DNA of 64,000 nt, from positions 124,001 to 188,000 of the forward strand of contig NZ_MWQY01000004.1 in the NCBI RefSeq assembly GCF_002087085.1, read 5' to 3'. Of this stretch, positions 57,977-64,000 are shown piece after piece. The stretch's first letter is position 1. Every line of letters starts with the position of its first letter. Position numbers and translations under genes: made by a program. The notes beneath the pieces are model-generated. The model was not told where the DNA came from, searched no databases, and was given only the letters and a program-made list of their open reading frames with translations.

Positions 57977-58884
57977 CAGTAGGTCACCTCATCGCTTTTT
58001 GTCGTTTTGAACTGAAGCCAGGTAAAAAAGAGCATGATAACGAAGAGGATAATACTCATGGCACTGGCGCGTCCTATACGATGATCACGGATTCCCGTGT
58101 TATAGATATTCATCGTAATAACATTGATCGGGCCCTGGGGAGCCCCTGACTGTGTAAAGAGATACTGGGTGCTGAAGGTTTTCAGACACTGCAGCATGGA
58201 CATGATCGAGACAAGGACGACCGTCGGCCTGAGTAGCGGCAGAGTTATTTTCCAGAAGGATTGCCAGTTTCCGGATCCGTCTATGCGGGCGGCCTCGTAC
58301 AGAGTCACCGGGATGGATGCGATCCCTGCAATAAAAATAATGATGAAGTAGCCGACATATTTCCAGAAATACACCAGCATCGTGGCAAACTGAACCATGC
58401 ATGAATTTGAAAACCAGTTATGATCTACTCCGGGAGTCATGAGAATGGCGTTGACCCACTGGTTTGCCAGCCCCCGGGGATCAAAAATAAGGAGCCATAT
58501 CGCCGCCGCAACCACCGAGGAGAGAACTGCCGGGCTATAGTACGCCAGCTGCAGGAATTTCCGGCCCCGTTTTACCTGGGATATAAATACCGCAAGAAGC
58601 AGGCTTACTATCAGGAGAGGAACAAAGGTTCCGAGAGTAAACACAGCTGTTGCACGAATGGAATTCCAGAAATCAGCCGACGTTAAAAGATACGTATAGT
58701 TCTCCAGGCCGATAAACATCGGAGGCTTGAGGCTTAGAACCTTCTTTCTGAAAAGGCTTGTAAAAAGCGCATTAAAAATAGGGTAAAAATTAAAAAGAGA
58801 AAAAAACAGCAGGGCCGGTAGAACAAACAGCATTCCCCAGCGGTCCTGATGGTGTTTCAGGCTCGATTTCTTTTGTCGGCTCAT
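57976..58884 (-). CDS. Carbohydrate ABC transporter permease (MalF-like)
   Basis: FIGLENY, YEAARIDG, ITLPLLRP. Confidence 0.93.
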   Translation of the reverse strand: MSRQKKSSLKHHQDRWGMLFVLPALLFFSLFNFYPIFNALFTSLFRKKVLSLKPPMFIGLENYTYLLTSADFWNSIRATAVFTLGTFVPLLIVSLLLAVFISQVKRGRKFLQLAYYSPAVLSSVVAAAIWLLIFDPRGLANQWVNAILMTPGVDHNWFSNSCMVQFATMLVYFWKYVGYFIIIFIAGIASIPVTLYEAARIDGSGNWQSFWKITLPLLRPTVVLVSIMSMLQCLKTFSTQYLFTQSGAPQGPINVITMNIYNTGIRDHRIGRASAMSIILFVIMLFFTWLQFKTTKSDEVTY

Positions 58885-58920
58885 GACACATTAACTCCGC
58901 GTGCAGTAAGACAGATACAC

Positions 58921-58946
58921 GGAGTCCCCATTAAGCCGGGGACTCC
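58921..58946 (-). other. Intercistronic stem-loop after the substrate-binding protein gene
   Basis: GGAGTCCCC-N8-GGGGACTCC, a perfect 9-bp stem. Confidence 0.65.
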
Positions 58947-58962
58947 ATAGTTCGCAAACAGA

Positions 58963-60261
58963 CTACTCTTCGTCGAGCAGTTCCTGGGCTTCCGCTTTAA
59001 GGGTCGCATAGGCTTTTTCGCTGGAAACACCACTGAGCATTACAGACTCGACGGCCTGCTTGATGAGTTCCTGCATTTTTGCGCTGTTTTCTCCGTAGTA
59101 GACGATATGACCATTTTCCATATCATCCCGGAAAACATCGGAATAGGGCATGTTCTTGAAGGTATCTGACTCCATCAGCTTTTTTGTAGGCTGAATGATG
59201 TTCACGGTGGTAAGGTACTCCTCACCATGGCTGAGCATGTAGCCGATGAACTTCCAGGCAGCCTGCTGGCGCCGTTCTGATGTCTGGCCATTTACCATGT
59301 AATAGTGCCCGTAGTAGCAGGCAGCTGCCTTCTGCTTAGCGTCTTCAAACTGCGGGAAGGGTACAACCATCCACTCACCGCTGTTGTAGAAATCTTCGTT
59401 GTCGGCCTTGATCCGTCCCTGCTGGTACAATCCCGTCAGCGCCATGGCGATATCATTATTATCGTAGTTGAAGAGCTTCCGCGCATTCTTGTAGGTAGGA
59501 CTGCCGAGGTTGCGTCCGTTGGGGCCCCAGGCCTTCATATAGTCGAGAAAGGATATCCAGGCTTCTTCTCCGACAATGGCGGTTTTGCCGTCTTTACTGA
59601 TAAGCTCTCCGCCGAGCTGCTCGACCATGGGTACCATGGATACCAGATAATAGGGATAGCGAAAGTCAAAACCCCGGCGGGTGATAATGTCCCCGTCACG
59701 AATAATAATCTTTTCGGAAATATCCGCCATTTCTTCCCAGGTTCTGGGATAGTCGGTTTCCGGATCGAGTCCTGCATCCCGGAAAACACGCTTGTTTATA
59801 TAGATGCTCCAGTTTGTCAGCTCCAGGGGAAGACCGTAGAGTTTTCCGTCCATTACAACCGGATCGAGTACCTTGGGGATATAGGCATTCTTGAGTTCAT
59901 CGATACTTTTGTAGCCCACAGCCCTGGCATCAACCGCTGCCACACGACCATTGGCAATATATGCGTATTCGTCTTCGATGGACATGTTAAAGATATCCGG
60001 TCCCTGATTCGCGGCAAAAGCCGTAAGAACCAGCTCCTGAATCTTTGTCGAAGAATGGGTTACCCGCTTGACGGTGATACCGGGATTTTCAGCTTCGAAC
60101 TCCTGGATGTAACGCTCTTCGATGGCAGTCCGATTGGGATCTTCGTGAGTCCAGAATTCCAGTTCAATCGGCCCTTCTTCCTTCTGCTCCTGGCCACCGG
60201 CGGCAAAAAGGCTGGTTGCCACAAGAGAAAGTGAAAGCAGTAAAAACAGTGCTTTCTTCAT
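58963..60261 (-). CDS. Carbohydrate ABC transporter substrate-binding protein
   Basis: Signal peptide, GPDIF, DGKLYGLP, YINK, P.TWEE. Confidence 0.92.
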   Translation of the reverse strand: MKKALFLLLSLSLVATSLFAAGGQEQKEEGPIELEFWTHEDPNRTAIEERYIQEFEAENPGITVKRVTHSSTKIQELVLTAFAANQGPDIFNMSIEDEYAYIANGRVAAVDARAVGYKSIDELKNAYIPKVLDPVVMDGKLYGLPLELTNWSIYINKRVFRDAGLDPETDYPRTWEEMADISEKIIIRDGDIITRRGFDFRYPYYLVSMVPMVEQLGGELISKDGKTAIVGEEAWISFLDYMKAWGPNGRNLGSPTYKNARKLFNYDNNDIAMALTGLYQQGRIKADNEDFYNSGEWMVVPFPQFEDAKQKAAACYYGHYYMVNGQTSERRQQAAWKFIGYMLSHGEEYLTTVNIIQPTKKLMESDTFKNMPYSDVFRDDMENGHIVYYGENSAKMQELIKQAVESVMLSGVSSEKAYATLKAEAQELLDEE

Positions 60262-60300
60262 CAGATATTCCTCCTATTTATTAAGGCGTATGATAATAAG

Positions 60301-60363
60301 ATTGTATCCGGCCTGTTTACACGCGGGCAAGCGGAGGATTTTGCCTTATTTGTAAGGATTTTG
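60301..60363 (-). promoter_or_regulatory. ABC operon promoter with upstream direct repeat (candidate YesN/AraC site)
   Basis: TTGCCC-N18-TACAAT on the minus strand; CAAAATCCT twice (60335-60343 and 60355-60363). Confidence 0.55.
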
Positions 60364-60428
60364 ATCTTTCAGTGTCTCTGATGAATGAAGGTACACGAGC
60401 TTCGACCCCGGGATGGATCTAAATATAA

Positions 60429-61943
60429 TCACAGTATACTGGAATCACCTTTTTCTATGCTGCGTTCCTTTCTCTTTGCCTTATACATCGCAGAATCGGC
60501 ATTTTTAAGGAGTGTTTCAATTTCACTGCTTTCATCAGGATACACACTGACTCCGGCACTGACGCTTACTGGTATCTCCTTCATCCCAATGAATAATGGC
60601 TTCTTAATTTCAGCGATCAGTCTTTTTGTTACTTCCATTATTTGCTGCTTTGAAGATAAATCGGTCAGGGCCACCACGAATTCATCGCCCCCCATTCTGG
60701 CTTTCAGGTCTTTGTCTTTCAGACTGTTTTCAATCCGGAAGGCAATACTCTTCAGGACCTCATCGCCGGTGTCGTGCCCGAAATTGTCATTTATCTCCTT
60801 GAACTTATCGATATCAATAAAGACAAGACCGATATTCCTGCCGGCAGAATCAGCTTTATTTGTCAGTTTATTGAATTCTTCTTCAAAATATTTCCTGTTT
60901 GCCAACCCGGTTAATTTATCGTGATGGGCCTGATACTCAAAATTCCTTATCAAATAGACTACAACAGCAATAAAGCTGCCGAACAGCACGGTCATTAAAA
61001 TGATATTGGCCAAAAACAGATTCCAGTGCTGCGTCATTTCTTTTTGCACAACCTGATCATTATAGATAATACCAACCACATAGGAATTCCAGCCATCTTC
61101 AGATTCAGTACTGCTGATCAGCGCCGGAAAAAAGCGGTAACTGTGCTGTATTCCTTCTATGCTTCTGGTGTCCCGCTGCATGGCGTTCTGTATAACCACC
61201 TGTCTGGCAAGTTCTTCTTCAAACTCGGGGACATCCGGGTTCAAATAGGGCCGTTTGCTGTTTCTCAGTTTGGCAACACCATAATGAAGGGGCTCAACGC
61301 TGTAAAAACCGATGTCTTCAACCATCTCATATTGTTCAGTTAAGGACGCCGCATCCTTAAAAAGATTAAGACTCTGAAAGGAAGGATATTTATCCTCAAT
61401 ACTCACACTGAGTTCAAACAGATACTGATTGTCCGGGCTCGGCATATAGCTGTATTTTTTGATTTCTCCTGCCTGGGTCGAAAGATCGATCCTGTCAACC
61501 TCAAATTCATTCCCGGCCATTCTTTCCCTGACAACAGCAGCAAAACTGCCGAATTTCGAGAAATCGAGGCCGAGGTCCTCTTCATAGGTGGTCTTTATTA
61601 TCTTTAAATCTTTATCGACAATATAAATATCATACCCGACAAAACGTTTCTGCAGCTCGGCCAAATCCCAGTCCATAACATCGGGGTTCTCTGTATATTT
61701 CAGGACCATCTGTTCCGAGTATTCTCTCATTTCCTGATTCAACTGCTGCTCGGCAATCTTGTAGGCATTATCGATATAGCTTACGGTCTGCAGAATATTC
61801 TTCTCCACCAGCTGCTGCTGGCTGCGGTACTTGTCTTCTACTACCCGGAGGATATTTTTATACTGAGTCGAAAAAATATAGATCATTACCAGGGCAAGTG
61901 AGACGATTAGTATATACTTGAACCTGCTTAAGAATTTGTCCAA
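60429..61943 (-). CDS. Diguanylate cyclase with extracytoplasmic sensor domain
   Basis: 2 TM segments, DKLTGLANR, DIDKFK, RMGGDEF; lacks the RxxD I-site (KDKD). Confidence 0.9.
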   Translation of the reverse strand: MDKFLSRFKYILIVSLALVMIYIFSTQYKNILRVVEDKYRSQQQLVEKNILQTVSYIDNAYKIAEQQLNQEMREYSEQMVLKYTENPDVMDWDLAELQKRFVGYDIYIVDKDLKIIKTTYEEDLGLDFSKFGSFAAVVRERMAGNEFEVDRIDLSTQAGEIKKYSYMPSPDNQYLFELSVSIEDKYPSFQSLNLFKDAASLTEQYEMVEDIGFYSVEPLHYGVAKLRNSKRPYLNPDVPEFEEELARQVVIQNAMQRDTRSIEGIQHSYRFFPALISSTESEDGWNSYVVGIIYNDQVVQKEMTQHWNLFLANIILMTVLFGSFIAVVVYLIRNFEYQAHHDKLTGLANRKYFEEEFNKLTNKADSAGRNIGLVFIDIDKFKEINDNFGHDTGDEVLKSIAFRIENSLKDKDLKARMGGDEFVVALTDLSSKQQIMEVTKRLIAEIKKPLFIGMKEIPVSVSAGVSVYPDESSEIETLLKNADSAMYKAKRKERSIEKGDSSIL

Positions 61944-62128
61944 TCTGCTCTCTCCAAAAAACCGTTAGCGTTGAGGGTTTTGCAATGATAGGAAAAATTA
62001 TCCTGACAATCAATGACCTAATTAGAAGAATTTGACAAATTATGGAGAGAAGGGCCGGGCAGGATGGACGCCAGCCAAACTGAACAGATACAAGATAGAC
62101 GGGGACCATTAAAAAACGGTGAAAATGC

Positions 62129-62659
62129 TTACCTCACTTTCAGTGCACCAGTCACCTCGCCGCCTTCCTGTAGACTGAAGGAGGATTTATATTCGTCCCT
62201 GGCAAAGTAGATATCTCCGTCAACCTTTCCGTCATATATGTGAAATTTATTCGCCTCCACATATACATCTCCTGCAAAGGTTCCCCCCTGTATCCGGGTG
62301 TTTTCACTGCGCACTGTGAGTTTTGGCGCTGTCAGCGTATACCGGGCGGTTACATTTCGGTTCTCATCCTGTGCATACAGGGCGATTTTCCGGTAGATCT
62401 CATCCCTGCGGGTAAACTGCCCTTCCACCAGAATTTCCTGATCCGTCGTAATGTCCTGGGTTATTGCTATTATCCAGGTTCCGTTTTTTCCTGCCGCCTT
62501 GAGGAATCCCTGGGCAGTATCAACAATCGAAGCGGCGCTTACTGCATCTGCTTCAATCGATTTTTCAGCCGCCTCCGGAGAGACTTTCCGACTGCAGCCT
62601 GTGACGATAATTATTACAAGCAGAATCAGCCCCATGGCGGATACCTGTTTTCGTTTCAT
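62129..62659 (-). CDS. Lipoprotein of unknown function (beta-rich)
   Basis: VTGC lipobox; DAVSAAS; repeated GD(V/I)Y beta motifs; GGAGG RBS. Confidence 0.75.
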   Translation of the reverse strand: MKRKQVSAMGLILLVIIIVTGCSRKVSPEAAEKSIEADAVSAASIVDTAQGFLKAAGKNGTWIIAITQDITTDQEILVEGQFTRRDEIYRKIALYAQDENRNVTARYTLTAPKLTVRSENTRIQGGTFAGDVYVEANKFHIYDGKVDGDIYFARDEYKSSFSLQEGGEVTGALKVR

Positions 62660-62864
62660 TACGCACCTCCAGTAAAGTATGTTCTTTTTCCTGACTTATT
62701 CTATCATCTATTATCGCAATTTATCAATGCCATCAACATACTGTTTCACAGGCTTTTACCAGCGTACCCCCGTTTCATTCAGCTGCAATTTGCTTCGTCC
62801 GGTACAATTTTGTAGCTTTATTCATGTACTTAAAGGAATGATTTTGAAGCAGGGGAGAGAAGCA

Positions 62865-63272
62865 ATGAGTTACTACATGTCTATAACTTTGCAACAGCCG
62901 TTCGATCAATGCCTGGAAAGGGTCACTGGAGCCCTGCAGGCCGAGGGATTCGGAGTGCTTACCCATATTGACGTAAAGGAAACGATGAAAAAAAAGCTGG
63001 ATGTGGATTTCCGCAACTACCACATTCTCGGAGCCTGTAATCCGCCCTTTGCCCATAAAGCGCTTGTAGCCGAAGACAAGATCGGAACAATGCTTCCCTG
63101 CAATGTTATTGTACAGGAAACTGCTCCCGGAACAGTCGAGGTGGCAGCGGTTGACCCGGTCAGTTCCATGCAGGCCGTCCATAACGAGGCACTTCAGCCC
63201 GTTGCCGAAGAGATCCGCGGCAGACTTAAGCGTATGATCGACTCGCTGCAGAGCGGAAAGGGCACGCCGTGA
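62865..63272 (+). CDS. DUF302 family protein
   Basis: GFGVLTHID, ILGACNP, MLPCNV. Confidence 0.9.
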   Translation: MSYYMSITLQQPFDQCLERVTGALQAEGFGVLTHIDVKETMKKKLDVDFRNYHILGACNPPFAHKALVAEDKIGTMLPCNVIVQETAPGTVEVAAVDPVSSMQAVHNEALQPVAEEIRGRLKRMIDSLQSGKGTP

Positions 63273-63520
63273 TGCACGGCTGGGGCTGGAACACCGGAAT
63301 AGGCGGCTGGGGACCGGGGGGAGACGTCTTTACCCTCCTCCTTCTGGCTGCCCTGATTATAGGAGGAGTGTATCTGTTTCGCCGCCACCCGAAACAAGGG
63401 GGAGAGGACGAATCCCGGAAGGCGAAACCAAGTGCTGAGGAAGAACTGAAAAAGCGATACGCCAGGGGCGAGATCGACAGGGAAGAGTACCAACGCATAA
63501 AGAACGATCTTGAGGATTAA
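63269..63520 (+). CDS. SHOCT-domain membrane protein
   Basis: One TM segment plus LKKRYARGEIDREEY. Confidence 0.85.
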   Translation: MMHGWGWNTGIGGWGPGGDVFTLLLLAALIIGGVYLFRRHPKQGGEDESRKAKPSAEEELKKRYARGEIDREEYQRIKNDLED

Positions 63521-63591
63521 GCCTGACGGAAAGTGTGTTTCATCTGTTCCGGATACCGACAGCTCTGCGGTGTCCCTGTGAGCGGAGGATT

Positions 63592-64000
63592 TCAGGCTTC
63601 CCGGCTGGTTTGAATCACATTCTTCAGCACCCGGTCTGACATTGTGCTGACCGGGCATACCCGGCACCATGTACGGGGACGGTACAGAAGAGCAAGCAGG
63701 GTGCCCACAAGAAATGACGTGGTCATCATGGAATAGATCCGGTATGAAAAATGAAGCAGTGCCGGCGGTAAGACCGGCTGGCTTAACAGCTGAGGCATGG
63801 CGAAGGGTATTTCGAAGATTATGAGAATCCGCACACGGTCAATGGGCGCCATGTTTCCGGCAGCAACCATCATGGTTGAGGCGGCTATAAAAAAGAGGTT
63901 CATACAGAAGTAACTCAGAACGAGGTCTCTGGTCTTCCTTTCCAAAAGGAAACCGGGAGTTTTAGCGGTATCACCCGTTTTCCTGAACAGATCAAAGAAT
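63592..64000 (-). CDS. 4Fe-4S-binding membrane protein (Fer4_5/NapH-like), C-terminal part only
   Basis: RPRTWCRVCP motif after TM helices; frame open to the window end. Confidence 0.7.
   Translation of the reverse strand, partial: FFDLFRKTGDTAKTPGFLLERKTRDLVLSYFCMNLFFIAASTMMVAAGNMAPIDRVRILIIFEIPFAMPQLLSQPVLPPALLHFSYRIYSMMTTSFLVGTLLALLYRPRTWCRVCPVSTMSDRVLKNVIQTSREA

Overview
Bacterial chromosomal window, GC-rich over the first ~40 kb with AT-richer blocks after it. It most likely comes from an anaerobic free-living spirochaete; this is inferred from signal-peptide style and gene content, not proven. It holds about 60 CDS, one tRNA-Leu(CAG) and two damaged genes. Functional blocks are redox/stress genes (gpx-ohrR, marR-wrbA, trx-dipZ-msrB with a two-component system), nadE, polB, scattered NifX/Mrp/DUF134/DUF5320 Fe-S genes, a lipid operon (extended lnt, PLD-DedA, EEP), three GGDEF cyclases, vapBC, an AT-rich TRAP sugar-acid cluster and a sugar ABC cluster with YesMN-type regulators. 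Five observations stand out. (1) A single ~1117-aa polypeptide fuses 2-oxoacid dehydrogenase E1alpha, E1beta, a lipoyl domain and FabH with no E2 core, suggesting CoA-independent priming of acyl-chain synthesis. (2) A phycobiliprotein-like globin plus CarH-type B12 domain (photocobilin-like) is coupled to a histidine kinase. (3) A 189-bp tandem repeat is built from the tRNA 3' end and contains a completely swapped but still perfectly paired hairpin. (4) Leaderless-type promoter architecture recurs across about ten genes. (5) Four exported proteins share a Cys-less A/S-x-G-x-x-E N-terminus, in a window that also carries an unusual extended Lnt. No CRISPR array, integrase or transposase was found.
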